A DNA stretch of 64,000 nucleotides. Origin: Lytechinus pictus. Taxonomy: Eukaryota. Shown here in pieces: positions 13,518 to 27,247 of the stretch. How positions within the stretch are numbered: the stretch's first letter is position 1; each line of letters begins with the position of its first letter. The DNA lies in the NCBI RefSeq assembly GCF_037042905.1, contig NC_087263.1:12340001-12404000 (forward strand), given 5' to 3'. Position numbers and translations under genes: made by a program. The notes under the pieces were generated by a model. The model saw nothing but the letters and a program-made list of their open reading frames with translations. It was not told where the DNA came from and did no database searches.

Positions 13518-14919
13518 TTCCATAGTTGTGGTTGAATGGATCAGTAGCAGCTCTTTATGAGACGTGGCTCACAACGTTTTATTGACCATATGCCGAATAT
13601 TGGAATTATCTACAAATCCAACATCATAATATTGTAAAAAAGTCGAGCCTTTCAAATCTTAACTGAAGACATATATTTTTCAGAAACTGTGTGAAAACTG
13701 AATAATGTTTGGAGCTGGCGCTTTTTTGGCAAATAAATGGCGCTGTACAAACTGTTGTACTTCATCATAAACATCATTGTCATCAATGTACTGTTAAATT
13801 GTAACAGTTAAAATAGTTGAAAACAGACTTCTCATGAAACCTGAAAGAAGCAGTTTACCCTACAGATATATATTAAATGTTTTCTAGTCCCATGTCTATC
13901 TTAATTTATATGTTTGCTTTCACAACGTCTATTTATGTATCGACCATATCCGCCAAGATAAATGATCTGAGCTGCGACAAATGCTAGAGAAACAAAATCC
14001 AAAGACTCAAATCCAGTGACAAGAAATAGTCAAAATGCCATTTTTCTCCCACGGGAAGCTTTTTAACGCTTGACATTTTGTCTCTGCAATCACCATTTTT
14101 CGTGGGAGAATGGCTCATCTAAATTACACTGGCATGTTTAAGAGTACTCCATCTTGAAGAGTAATGGGGGAGCTGTAATATTAAAAGCAAAACGCTCTGT
14201 TATACGAGCAGATTATATTTTCTTTGCTTTTCATGTATAGACTGAAGGCTTTATGAAGTATATACGTTTCTACCAGCAAGCAAGTATTCTTAACTCTTCA
14301 CTGCTGTACAATAATTATTCCCACAAATTGTGCTTATTATTAAGTCAGGGATCTTATATGCAGGTTCCATAATCCATTATTTCCAAGCATCGAATGCCAT
14401 GGATAACTAGACACAAAATAATGACAGATTTCCTTTAGTTTTGGGATTTTATAGGATTTGCATGGTAATTACCACATTATGAAACTGTGGTATTGACATA
14501 ATATGACATAGTATAATATAATATAATATTAATTTACAAATAGTATGACAAAAGAATTATAACTCGTTTGTTATACCATTCGTTAATGCAAAACACATAT
14601 TCGAATGTAATAGTGACAATCAATCGCTATTTACAATGCGATGCATAATATGGTTCAACATCTTGAGTAGTTTTCCACTCTTGAAAAATATTACTTAAAT
14701 TTCACTCGCTTTTTACTGACGTCATTGATCACTCACTTTGGAGTGAATTTTAAACGCGAGCATAATTATTTACGGGAACGAACGTTTCACACAACTTCAC
14801 TCGTTAAATGGGTTAAATTCACTCAACAAGTGAAAGTCACTCTTGATCTAGTGAATTTAATTCACCCTCTCTGATAAGTCAGCTATTTACTCTTTTTTTA
14901 ACAGAGAGAGAGAGATTAG

Positions 14920-15158
14920 CACTTAAGACATATCTCTTCCGTAAATAGTATGATTTTTTACAGTTAATATGCCCGTAGTTAAGTTAGTATTTTAGATAAT
15001 GTAAGGTAGTTACGTTGGATGTTTAGTTATGTAAGGTAGTTAAGTTGATAAGTGAGTTTAGTTTATTAAGTTAAGTAGTTAGGTTTTGTGATGTAAAGCG
15101 CTTAGAGAAATTTTGTTAGGCGCTATATAAGTATTGAATTATTATTATTATTATTATT
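14920..15158 (+). mobile_element. 3' terminal fragment of an L2-type LINE
   Basis: Encodes LKTYLFRK* (L2 ORF2 C-terminus), then a 3'UTR with aagcgcttagag...ggcgctatataag and an (ATT)n tail. Confidence 0.75.
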
Positions 15159-15307
15159 GAAAGAGAGGGAGATCCTTTTATCGCAATTTTTTTTTGAAAC
15201 ACGCTGTACCGAAAATGTACTTTAGTCTTGATTCATTCATGCTCTACTTCCTCCATCAAATTAATGTGGCCAGAAATAGTCATGCCCATGTGTCTTCAAA
15301 TTTTGAT

Positions 15308-15414
15308 GAATTTCCCCCTTGATTCATTTCAATTAAGAGTCAGATGAACTGTTAAAAAGTGTGATTGTATTGAATCCCGGCATGTATGGGGGATGGGGTG
15401 TGTTAAACCATGCG

Positions 15415-15471
<57 letters not shown>

Positions 15472-16090
15472 CAGATGGAGATGGAGAAAGAGAAGGAGAG
15501 GGGGAGGGAGGTGGGTGACAAAGAGAATGCGACATTCTTTTTCAAATAATGGTGAATTTCTCCTTGATTCATTTCAATTAAGAGTCAGATGAACTGTCAA
15601 AAAGTGTGATTGTATTGAATCCCGGCATGTATGGGGGATGGGGCGTGTAAAATCATGCGGCACAGAGAGAGGGAGAGAGAGAGATACAGATGGAGATGGA
15701 GAAAGAGAAGGAGAGGGGGAGGGAGGTGGGTGACAAAGAGAATGCGACATTCTTTTTCAAATAATAGTGAATTTCTCCTTGATTCATTTCAATTAAGAGT
15801 CAGATGAACTGTCAAAAAGTGTGATTGTATTGAATCCCGGCATGTATGGGGGAAGGGGTGTGTAAAATCATGCGGCACAGAGAGAGAGAGAGAGAGAGAT
15901 ACAGATGGAGATGGAGAAAGAGAAAGAGAGGGGGAGGGAGGTGGGTGACAAAGAGAATGCGACATTCTTTTTCAAATAATAGTGAATTTCTCCTTGATTC
16001 GTTTTAATTAAGAGTTAGATGAACTGTTGAAAGATGTGATTGTATTGAATACCGGCATGCATGGGGGTAGGGATTAGGGAAACATGAGGC
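15308..16090. repeat. Tandem repeat, ~3.5 near-identical units of ~215-245 bp, each containing a (GA)n tract
   Basis: gaattt...ccttgattcatttcaattaagagtcagatgaactg recurs at ~15308, 15554, 15769 and 15983. Confidence 0.95.
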
Positions 16091-16112
16091 TGTGTGTGTG
16101 TGTGTGTGTGGT

Positions 16113-16147
<35 letters not shown>

Positions 16148-16761
16148 GCAGATGTGGAGGGAGAGGTTTGGAGGGGGGATAGAGGGAGGGGGGAGAGAAC
16201 GAAATTAGGTGAATGGAAAGAAGGATATAGAGAGAAAAAGACAGATGATGGAGAAAGAATGAGAGAGAGAGAGGGGGGGGGGGGACAAATCAGTTAAAGA
16301 GAGTAAAGGTACAGAGAGATATTTATATCAAGAAAAGGGGAGAAGGGGGGGGGGAGGTCGGGTAAGAACGAAAGAAAGAGGGGAAAAACCCGGAAAGATG
16401 TATACGAGTGGTAGGAAGAAGAAAGAGGGGAGTCTTCTTTTTCTTTTTTTTTGGGGGGGGGGGGGTTAACACTTGTCTGCCTTCTTGATTTCTCACTATT
16501 GGGAATCTTACCAGAAATCGCAAAGATCTCTTCGCACAGATGTTCTGAAAGTTAAGACTGACTTTAGAAACGATTTGGACATTGGCAAGCTAAAATGTGT
16601 CTCAATGTAGCTGAAATCAAAATGAGCAGATGTATATATACAGATATCCGTACTTTCTCTTTATATTGTATTTGAAAATATTGACAGGTTTGTAAAAATA
16701 TCAAAGTCCTATGGCTAAAATGTGTCTGTTTCGGCAGAGCAGCGGTATTTTTGTAGGATAT

Positions 16762-17320
16762 CCCATGCTCGAAAAAAAGGGGAACACATTGTCGCATAAT
16801 GCGTTCACAGTGGTTCGAAATGTATTATCAGTGTGTTTCCAGTGTGATCGGGGATCAAGGTGTGTTCACATTGTAGTTAAAGTGTATTCAGTGTGTTCAC
16901 AGTGTGTTCACAGTGTATTCACAGTGTACTGTCAGTGTGTTCACAGTGTGTTGATGGTAATACCAATAACACATTGTGAACACACTATGAACATAGGTAT
17001 GTTCATAGTGTGTTCACAGTGTGTTAACATTGCATTCACAGTGTGCTGTCAGTGTGTTCACAGGTGCTCGCAGTGTGTGTTCAAAGTGTGATCAAAGTGT
17101 GTTCATTGTCCACAGTGAATTCACTATGTATTCACATAGGGGATAATGTGATGGTTTACACAGTTAAAATTATCAATTCAACAGTGTGAAGACAATTTAA
17201 AACTGTGGATACCTCTACACAGTGAGAATCAACGGTGTGTTCACATATAGAAAATTTCCAAATCGGGATTAAATTGTCTTCCACACTGTAAAATGAATCT
17301 GTGGGTTTTTTTCAGCCGGG
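16762..17320. mobile_element. CCC...GGG-terminal MITE with 2-bp TSD and internal 11-bp CACAGTGTGTT repeats (EnSpm-like)
   Basis: Ends cccatgctcgaaaaaaagg / gggtttttttcagccggg; AT on both flanks. Confidence 0.6.
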
Positions 17321-19165
17321 ATATACTTGAAAACCTGAAATACTAAACTAACGGCTTAACAGGTGTAAAGAAGTCCATTGTATCAGATAGCGTGCAAGAT
17401 ATTTTCACAATTACTCATTCTTGCTGTACTTTCTTTGACATGTTGGCGGGGGGGGGGAAAATGGAAAGAAAGAAGGAAATCACTTGAGGGGACATAAAGT
17501 GATATTTGACGGCTCACAGGCGGTGACTGCCGAGAAAAATGAAATTGCCTCGCCGAGAACAACATGTCTCCTTTCCCCCCGTCTCCTTTCCCCCCGTCTC
17601 ATTTTATTTCCTTTCATGGATGGCGGGATTTTTGTTCTTACGTGAGACCGGAGGCGTCGTTACCTTTATGTCACGTTGCCTATGGACGATCGGATAACAA
17701 AAGATGCACGCATTGAGATTGAAGGAGACGGGATTTAACCCTTTGCCGCTTAGCTTCAGTTTTCATGCGTTATTACATGTGGAATGAGTAAGGTATGGGA
17801 GTCGGGTGGTTAAGTTACATTAGGGAAACATAATTAAGCAGGGGAAGGGAATGGGCAATGTAACAAGGATAGGGCCTTTTCATCCTTTTCTCGCACTTGT
17901 GTAATATTGGGGGGGGGGGGGGGTGCGAACGTCTCAGCCACCACTATGTCTCTTTTCCCTGTGTGTGGGATGTGCCGGTGTATTTGTTTTTATTTTTTGA
18001 ATTCCTTTATTTTCTGTATTATATTTCTTAATTTCTGTCAGTGAATTGGAAAAAATGAATGGATCAGTGGAATTGATTTATAAATGTATGTATATGTTTA
18101 TGAATTACTTATTTTACTGGTACCTTGATTTATTTTTATTAGGTTATGTTTATGTTGAAGAAAAAAGAGGAGGAAAGAAGAGGGAAAGAAAAACAGAAAC
18201 AAATATTGTTATCCTTTTCCCCGTGTCTAGTTAATTTTTTTTTATATATAAACAATGCCAGGTGAGATCTGGAGCTACGATGATAAAATTTACCTTGTTT
18301 ATGAAGCATTCCTCCCGGAATTTCGCCTCAATGAACACGCTGTGTCAATTTCTTTGAATCAATCTGAGTTACCGGTATTTCATGTCTCTTTTGCCAAGCT
18401 TTGAATTTGTATTTGTCTAATAATATCTTAGGCCTTTTCTGATGTTTACCGCAGTAATAATTTTCTCATAATCAATGTCTCTTTGCCCCGTTTTCGTTTT
18501 CAGAACTTTCCTTTTCTGAATACCTGATTATCCTCGCCATGGCGCTTCTGTGATATTTATTATCTTTCTCTCCAACTATCACCTTACCCTTCTGCCACGT
18601 ACCCACCCACCCTTTCATCCCTCTAATAGCAACCTTGGATATCCCTCCGTCATTGTTTATGATATATGTCAGTCCATTATTTCCTTCTGAAATACAGGAT
18701 ATGAAATGGCTTTCCCATTTACCAGATAAAATGAAAGTTGTTCCGTTTATGGCACTCAATCAATAAATAGGGCATGGGCATTTATAGACTTTTATACCTC
18801 TCCGTCGAGGCGTTTCGGATGACAGAGAACATTGCGCTGATTTTTAAAAGGTATTACTTCCATATATGATCAAGTTGTCTGTGTTTATTCAGATATCGCT
18901 CGCCTAACAGCCATTAAAATGACAGAAATGGAAACACTAATAGCTGAAAGTGATGCCCGATGGACTGTTTGATTTACGTGTTGTCCATAAGCCAAATATA
19001 CCCTAGCCCACCCACACAACAAGATGGAAGATAAGTTTTCGCTGTTAGCTCGTATCGTTGAAGGAAACTGTTTCAAAGTGTGACTCGATGATATTGTTAA
19101 GTTCTTAAGAATTGTTAAGATATTGTTTCGAAATGTGACTCGATGGAATTTTGATACATGTATAA

Positions 19166-19435
19166 TGGGAGCGTCTTGGTCTAGTGGTTCTGACTCTCGC
19201 CTTTCAAAGAGAGGGTCGTGGGTTCGAATCCTAGCCATGGCGTGTTTCCTTCAGCAATAAATGTCTCCACATTGTGCTGCACTCAACCTAGGTGAGGTGA
19301 ATGGGTACCCGGCAATATTAATTCCTTGCATGTACTGAGCGCAGGTGATGGTTGCTGGAGCGGAAGCCGGAGTAATAATAGCAAGCGCTTTATATCCTCA
19401 GGCAAAAAGCGCTATATAAATCCAGCTATTATTGT
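19166..19435 (+). mobile_element. tRNA-derived SINE (family A)
   Basis: A box TGGTCTAGTGG, B box GGTTCGAATCC, core ctgcactcaacctaggtgaggtgaatgggtacccggc, L2-like tail aagcgctatataaat. Confidence 0.9.
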
Positions 19436-20189
19436 TCCTATAAGAACTTTAAATATATTAGAGTCACCGTATATAATCAGACTTAATTCGGTATTGCTGT
19501 GATAATTAACTACACATCAAAATTAATCTCACTATGCCATACAATGTGCTCCATCTCTCGTCTTTATTTTCTTTCACACACACCCACACCCACATGCACA
19601 CACACACAACCACCTAACCCACGCACGCAGACACATACACCCGAACACACATACCCTCATCCATTCTTTCTCTCTCAGACACATACACACACACACACAC
19701 ACACACAAACACATACACACACACCCTCACATACAGAACACACACAACACACACACAAAAACACCCAACATACCATCTCAACATCCAGCCTCTCTACCAT
19801 GTCTACCTCTCACTACTACAATCCGAATTATGTCGGTGTCGTATAATAAAACCACAATTTTTCACATTTACAAGTAAATGATCTGACCTACATACGAAGT
19901 ACTTAGCCTCTTTCTGTAATGGGTTTGCAGTAAACAATAATGTAAAACTCATGTGAAGTTGCATATCCTTGGCATGACCCAGTTTTCTGTTTTTATTACA
20001 TAGGAGAGTCATTAAAAATATCCTTTTTTTTTTTGAAAATGTCATTTCGTGTGTTTGGATAATATTGCCCGACATGCATGCATCGATGTTATAAAAACAT
20101 CGTGTAGTTACTACAAAAGGCTCAAGTGAGAGAGACATAAATAGAGATAAGGAAAGGGCGATAGCGATAACAGAGAAATAGACAGGCAG

Positions 20190-21170
20190 ACTTACAGAAC
20201 GGGAAAGAGAGAAACGGTGAAAGAGGGGAGAACGAATATGTCAGTATTAACAAATGTATTAATACTGTCTAATCAAGATATCAACTTACTATGAAAACAA
20301 TCCTAATGTATAAGATATTTAAAAATATTTTCTTTCCATATTTATATTTTTTTAAATTTCATTGATAAAGTTGAGGGCATATGGAAACAAATTAAGATAA
20401 GAGATAGGGAGAGAGAGAGAGAGAGACAGAGACAAACTGAAAAAGAAACAGTGAAATAGCGAGAGAGGGGGAAAACGAATGTGTAATTGTGAAAAATTTA
20501 TCAGTATTATATAAATAAGATATCAACGTACTATACAAGCAAACTCCCTAATGTATAAGAGTTTTGTTAAAATGCCATCTTTTCTTATTTTATCATTCTT
20601 TTAATTAAATTGATAAAGGTAAGAGCCTATGGCAACAAACTAAGATAAGATATTTGGAGAGGGGTAGAGATAATAGGAGAGAGACATACATACAAACAGA
20701 AAGAGAGAAGGAGTGAAATAGCGAAAGATGGGAAGAACGAATGTGTAATTGTGAAAGATTTATCAGCATTATCTAATAAAGATATCGACCTACTATGAAA
20801 ACATTTCCTAATTTATAAGATTTCGGTAAAAAATGTTTTTTTTATTATTCAATCATTCTTTTAATTTATTTGATAAAGGTAACACAATATGTTAACAAAT
20901 TAAGATAGAGAGATTTTTGGATAGAGAGAGAAAGAGAGAGAGAGAGAGACAGTGACAGACAGACAAACAGAAAGAAAAAGAGTGAAACAGCGAAAGAGGG
21001 ATGGAACGAATGTGCCAGTGCGAAAGTTCTATCAATGCTATCTACTGAAGATATCAACCTACTAGGAAGGAAAATCCCTTATGTATACAATTTTGGTGAA
21101 AATGCCATTTTGTGTCATCATTCATTTTTTTTTAATCAATAAGGATAAGAAAATATGGAAACAAATAGAA
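20190..21170. repeat. Diverged tandem repeat, ~4 units of ~245-270 bp
   Basis: aacgaat...aagatatcaac.tact...cctaatgtataaga...ttgataaag recurs at ~20231, 20475, 20736 and 21006. Confidence 0.9.
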
Positions 21171-22380
21171 ATATTTCCCTTTTTAATAGATTAATCGCAT
21201 CTATAGTAGATGTGTAGTCAGTACTAAAATTTTGTAAAATTTGTATAAAAACTCATAAAATACTGTTTTTGTTTCAATATTAATATGTCAAATATAAATC
21301 AAACTTGGACTTACATGACTCTAGACAAGTGCCGAATAGATGGGGCCTGGGGACGATTCGCCCATAACATGTACAAACTAAGTATTACAATGCGTATGGC
21401 ATTATAATGGCCGTGAAACCTACTACACTATTCTTCTTTGCCATGGAAACCTTCAGAAGTTACACAATACGCATGCATGGTTATATAACTGTGTCCTACC
21501 TGCAATACGGAAATTAGATACGCACTTAGAAAAACCAATTATTTTGACTTTATACCGAAGTGTAGAACCAGCAGGTATAAAGATTGAAAGTTTCATACTA
21601 TACCCTAATGCTTTAATAATTTGTGATGATGATTCATGTTTTATTTCCAATTCTTGGTTGTGTCTGGTTTGAGTTAATGGCATTATAATGGGCGTGCAAT
21701 ATAAGACAGTATCTCTTGATTAAGTGTGTGTGTGTAGGTTTTTTGTATATAATAATTAAAATTTTAATGTATAATATTTCCATACTGTAGATGTTTATTA
21801 AGAGTGTACACTTTTTCCTATCAGGTTTCGTCATTTCAAATAATTATCAATCTTTGAATAATGAAATGTATGATTGTCAGCCATTTACATGTAAATAATC
21901 TAACCTTGTAAAATATGCAGTGTGGTTGCAATAAGCATTAACATATTGAAAAAAGGAAATATATTTTCTTTCTCTTTCTTAGCATTGATGTTCTATTTTA
22001 AAACGCTATAAAAGAGACTTTAGTTTAATTTACAATATATGAAAAGCTGAGTGTTATTATCATCAACACCACTTATGTTATTGTAATCATTTTCCCCCTA
22101 AGTTGTAAATTTGGCTCAATAGATATTGTGATATAGAATGAAAACTATTTATATAATTGGTTCTTTTTCCATAAAATACTTCCGTATCTCCTGGGGTATG
22201 AGTTAATATTCAGTGTGATTTCCGAGCAGTTGGTCTACTTTCCATGAAGTCTAATACGATATGGGCTTAACCCATTTGGTTTACTACATATTTCGTCTAA
22301 TTGACATTAGATCTACCACTGGTCTAATATCAACTTAGTCTTATCCTCATTAAGGCTAATGTCTATTTGTAATACTTTCC

Positions 22381-22581
22381 GGTTCCATGACATTTGCTCC
22401 GGCGACAATTGCTCTGCTGTAAATTCCACGCACTAATCGAATGACCAACTTCAACCCTGGTTTAACACTATACCCTATCCTAAACCTAACATAAAACCCT
22501 GTTGCAACCCTAACCCTATCCCTACATCTCAGACGAAATTAAGCCCGGAGCAATTTTCGTAGGGGCAAATGTCGTATCACC
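22381..22581. mobile_element. GG...CC-terminal MITE with 8-bp TSD and degenerate CCCTAA-like interior
   Basis: TIR ggttccatgacatttgctccggcgacaattgctc vs revcomp ggtgatacgacatttgcccctacgaaaattgctc; flanks tactttcc/tattttcc; sits inside an older gtcta/tagac-repeat element (~22270-22820). Confidence 0.75.
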
Positions 22582-25039
22582 TATTTTCCACTTTGTCTTC
22601 GTATTGCATATGCCTTTTCAATAATAATATTGGTTCATAAACAGTTAATCGAGCAATATAAATTTAGATAATGGTGTTAGGTCGAGTTTATATCACTTAT
22701 AATCGGTATAATCTTCCCGGAAATTAGACAAAATGGTAAATGCCCTTAATAGCATTTTGATCAAAATGGTTATTAGACGAACTGGTGATAGACGGGCTAA
22801 GATTAGACCACGTGGGATAGTGCATTTATGCACCAATGCATTTATCATGCAAAACTGGTGTTTTTAATATACAAATGTACACATTCGGCAAGAAATGTAT
22901 GGCTACAACACAGCTCAACGTCTTTTTGTACAATTTTGTATAACGTTTAGGCCTTTTTCCTTCCAGAAGAAAGAGGTGGCCCCAGCAATCTGGAGCTGAT
23001 AAATTTCACTGGGCAGCGATGCATTACGGTCGAGTTAGTTTATATCTTATATAAATCGTGCATGCATTGTGCCAAGTAACAACTATGCACGGTCGAGAAT
23101 GCAGTGATTTTGTGATTTATGTGAGCACTACAGTGTGTATTTTATACTTCGGCAGTATATCCTCGGGCCTCACTCATCGGCCAATTTTGAGGACATATTG
23201 GGCCTAATTCAGACTTGATCCTATCAAATCAGTTTCTCTAGGTTGTAAATTGGAGAGAGAGGAGGGAAGAGAAGACAGAGAAGGAGAGAGAGAAAAAGAG
23301 GGGGGGGGGGTGATGTCAGAGGAAGAGAGGAATAGTGGAGAGACTTGTTAAAATCGTGTCTGTTTAAGAGAGACAGAGACAGAGAGAAACTCAGACAACC
23401 AGACAGAATGAGAGAAAAAAGGAAAGGAGTTTTAATAAAGAGTAAAACTGAAAATGGGTGGGGGAGAGAGAAAGGCGGAGGCCAGGGGGGGGGGAGTTAA
23501 AGAGAGTAAAGAAGAGATACAACGACGACAGAATAGTGGAAGAGCCTCATATAGGTATTTTTTTTTTCTTGGATTATTACGCTTCGATCTTTCTAGCCGC
23601 CATGATTTTGTGTTGTATGTCCGTTCGCCCTGTATTGTTTTATCGAAAATTCGAAAAACATTCGTCGAAATAACCAATGAAAAAATTGTCACACATAATT
23701 AGCATGCTTATTAGACAACAGATAATCCGCATAGATTATATATTTATTCATTTATTTTATTTCGTTGCTATTATTACTGTTGTTATTTATATATTTTTAT
23801 TTATTCATTGATTTTTTTTATTTATTCATTTATCTTTCATTTATTTATCTATTTTTATTTTTATTTATCTATTTATTTATTTTATTTTATTTATTTTATT
23901 TATTTATTTAATTTTTTTTTTTTTTTTTGGGGGGGGCAATATACATAACGTAAAGAGGTCAAAATTATGGGAAGGTTCAACGTATTAATATAATTTAGTA
24001 TTGCAACATTCTTAGATATGATCAATAAAACATTTGTAAACTTTCCTCAAAATGTGCAAATGTAAAGGACGATTAGGCCATGGATGATATTACCATCTAC
24101 CTTAGCAAGAAATAATATTTCAGCTCTGACAATGGCGAAGACTGAATTTTTTACCACGTACTTTCGAGAACCTGTCTAGCTCTTCACGCTTTAATAATTC
24201 ACTCGATCATCCAATTTTCTCAATTTTCTTACATCACATCTTCCGTATCCTCAACTCGTCCGTTTCTTTCCCAAGGAGCTTTCTTTAATTGGGTGAAAAT
24301 GATAGCCGTATTATCTATTTATCCAATTACCTTAATTTGTAACGTTGCTTGGTTGTAGTCTGTAAGCGCAGACTCTGGGTCTGTCACAACGTATTTTATT
24401 AGCTGGCTGTATTTTCAGACTACGTGGGCTGAATGGGAATCGTGTCTTGAAACTTCTCCAAATCCTAATTCTGCGCAGCGAAATGGTTTAATGATTTTCT
24501 TAAGGGTCCCTTTTGTTAGAGAAAGTGCCAATTAAGGTCTGCGTCTGAAGACTAACACGTGTCCCTAATGAAATTAACTTCTTTGCGTCGTCTCGCATGT
24601 AGTATGTCTTCATTAAACTCATTTGTTTCTTTGCACACATGCGAAAATCTTTAGCGTAGGACGGATAAAATTGAACCAAATTAAGCTCATAATGAGAGAG
24701 GCTTTAAGCGCAAACAAGGGAAGTACAGTGTTCACACGAAGGATTTTGAAACAAACAATATAAAAGCAGTGTTCACATAACTATTCATACCCTCTCAGCA
24801 GCCACAAACTTATCAATATGAAGGTTATTGAATATATTACAGGGCATGAATTTTGTGAACGTATAGATTATGGTATGGCCATATCAAGTTATGCAATTTA
24901 AGAGATAAACGATGCCTACAAGATGTAATGATATCATGGAATTTGGCTATGATATGGTACTTAGACAATTATGACTTGTATGGACAAACCAATTTTGGTA
25001 TGGACATATTATTAATGGCAGTAACAGAATGTTTATGGT

Positions 25040-26175
25040 GTGAACAGACGAATATGATCTTAACAAAGCGTTAAGCTATTGACTTAATGGGTTCTGGTTT
25101 GGCTATCAAACGATTCCACTTTCAAATACAAATTTGGTATGAACAGTCAGTTATGGTGTGAGCAGATCAATTATGATATGAATAGATAAATTTATTAAAA
25201 GATCAATTGTGGTATATATGAACAGATTAATTATTGTATGAAAAACATAGTCTGAACAGATGAGTTATGGTATGAACGATCAGTGATGATATGAACAGAT
25301 CATTTTTTGGTACGAGCACATTTAATATTGTATGAACAGATCAATTATAGTGTGAACAGATGGATTATGATATGGGGAGATCAATTATGGTACATGTATA
25401 AACAGATCAATTGTACTATGAACACATCAAATATTGTATGAACACATTAAATATTGAATGAACAGATCAATTATGGTGTGAACAGATGGATTATGCAGAT
25501 CACTTATGGTATAAACATACTATGAACACATCAAATATTGTATAAACAGATCAATTATGGTGTGAACAGATGGATTATGGTAAGAGTAGATCAATTATGG
25601 TATAAACAGATTTTGTACTATGAACATATTGATTAAAGTAGAAAATTTCTTTCATGGTATAAACAGGATAATAATAGTATAAACATAGTATCAATTATAT
25701 TGTGGACAGATGAATTATTCTGTAAACAGAGGTTGGAACAGCGCCTTGTGTGTAATGATACTGACTTGTTGAAGTCTCAGTGCACTACATGTAATATAGG
25801 TAATATAGATGTATGCCATCATGTTCATTCTCCCACTGTCTTGGAAAAAGTAGTATGAATACATCAATAATGGTACGAACAGATGATTTATTGTATGAAT
25901 TGTATGAACAGATAAATTGTGATATGAACACATTATTTTTCATTTATTTATTTTGTTTTATTTTAGTAGGGTAGCCCTATCAGTAATTGAGATTCTGTTT
26001 CAAATGGGGACACTGCATAACATAAAGACATATAAAAATACAAACCTTTACTTTGAAATTTATTTGTGGAGTATAAACAGAAAGTAAAACAAACAAAAGT
26101 CAATTGTATGAAAACATCAATTGTGGTATGAACAGATCAGTTAGGGTATAAACACGTCTTTATTGTGTGAACAGT
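25040..26175. repeat. Degenerate ~20-bp minisatellite (TATGAACAGATCAATTATGG), interrupted
   Basis: Dozens of recognisable units; interruptions near 25730-25860 and 25940-26100. Confidence 0.9.
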
Positions 26176-27106
26176 GCATAGTATGTAATGATATTGGCTT
26201 TATGAAGTCTAGCTATCACAGGATATTAATTCCACACGGCTTCCTAAGCTTATAGATTGATTAGCCGGGAGATGAATGAACTGAAGAGGATCAGACAGGC
26301 GGAAAATTACAGGAATAATGCAGACTGGAGGGGTGGAAAAAGAAAAAAAAATAACATGAATGCGACCATGGAGCTTCTAACAGATCCGTTGGTAGCTCCA
26401 TGATGCGACGAAGGAATGTTATTTTTGAGCGGAGAAGCAGAGTGAATGGAATAACGTAAGTAGAGGAGAGAGAAAGAGAGTAAACATTTTCATTATATTT
26501 CTTGACCAATTTTTTTTCTTCTCTCATCAAAACCAACTTCTCGATATCGTAATATTCCTATTCAAAGTTATCTCTTTTTTTCAAATCTGTATCGCATGTT
26601 TATTTCAAAACAACACTACATATTAAAATCCCGTTGTTTATGTAACACAAACCCGGTAACTGACCTCACCAGGTAAATTTTGAAATAACACCAGGTTGGC
26701 TAGCACCAAATGTGTATTTAAACAACACAGGTCAGTGCTAAAACAATATTTGTTTGAATCTAACCTGTTGCTTAACAGTTTTCTTGTGATGTGAAAATAG
26801 GGTATTTTGGCAATCATTTCGCAAACGATATATATAACGTAGAGAATCTCCTGTCACAAGCCCTTTATAACAAAGCCGCCTTTGTCGAAATCGGTGAATC
26901 AAAGCAGCAGTGTCGTCCTGGACTCGAGACAAACGAGTTCGAATCTTAAGACGATGTGCTGTCCCAGTCCTCCAACCTTCGACAATGACTTCTGATCTGG
27001 CCATTGTGATCTGACGTGCATTTTTAAGAGATTCTAAACGTTGCAGAAAGCGTCTGCGAAGTAATTGCGAAAATACGCTATCGGCGAACACGAAGCCAGA
27101 CAGACT

Positions 27107-27247
27107 CAAAGATATTGATATTACGTTTACTTATTTCCAATGACATACCATCGGTCGGTTTTGAGTCGGTTTTGGTTACAGTCACACCAACGAAACCGAC
27201 TTCAGACCGATCAAATATATTACCTTATTACCAATGACATACCATCG
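27107..27247. repeat. Hairpin-unit repeat, same family as the 38543-39102 array; continues at 28477-28516 after the Transib-like insertion
   Basis: ccaatgacataccatcggtcggttt..gagtcggt and cagtcacaccaacgaaaccgac match the 113-bp array unit. Confidence 0.85.

Noticed and set aside
16830..17250. Many CACAGTG heptamers as RSS-like sites (also 4190-4370)
   Set aside because: They are part of an 11-bp internal repeat of a CCC-terminal MITE, with no nonamers and no terminal position
18230..18270. Third possible AG|GT site (gcCAG|GTGAGA); also 10505, 16685, 38184 and 42105
   Set aside because: Pyrimidine tract is weak or distant, the donor is poor, or the site lies inside a repeat
26738..27109. 123-aa minus-strand ORF
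   Set aside because: No recognisable domain; starts at a non-ATG codon and runs into a MITE relic
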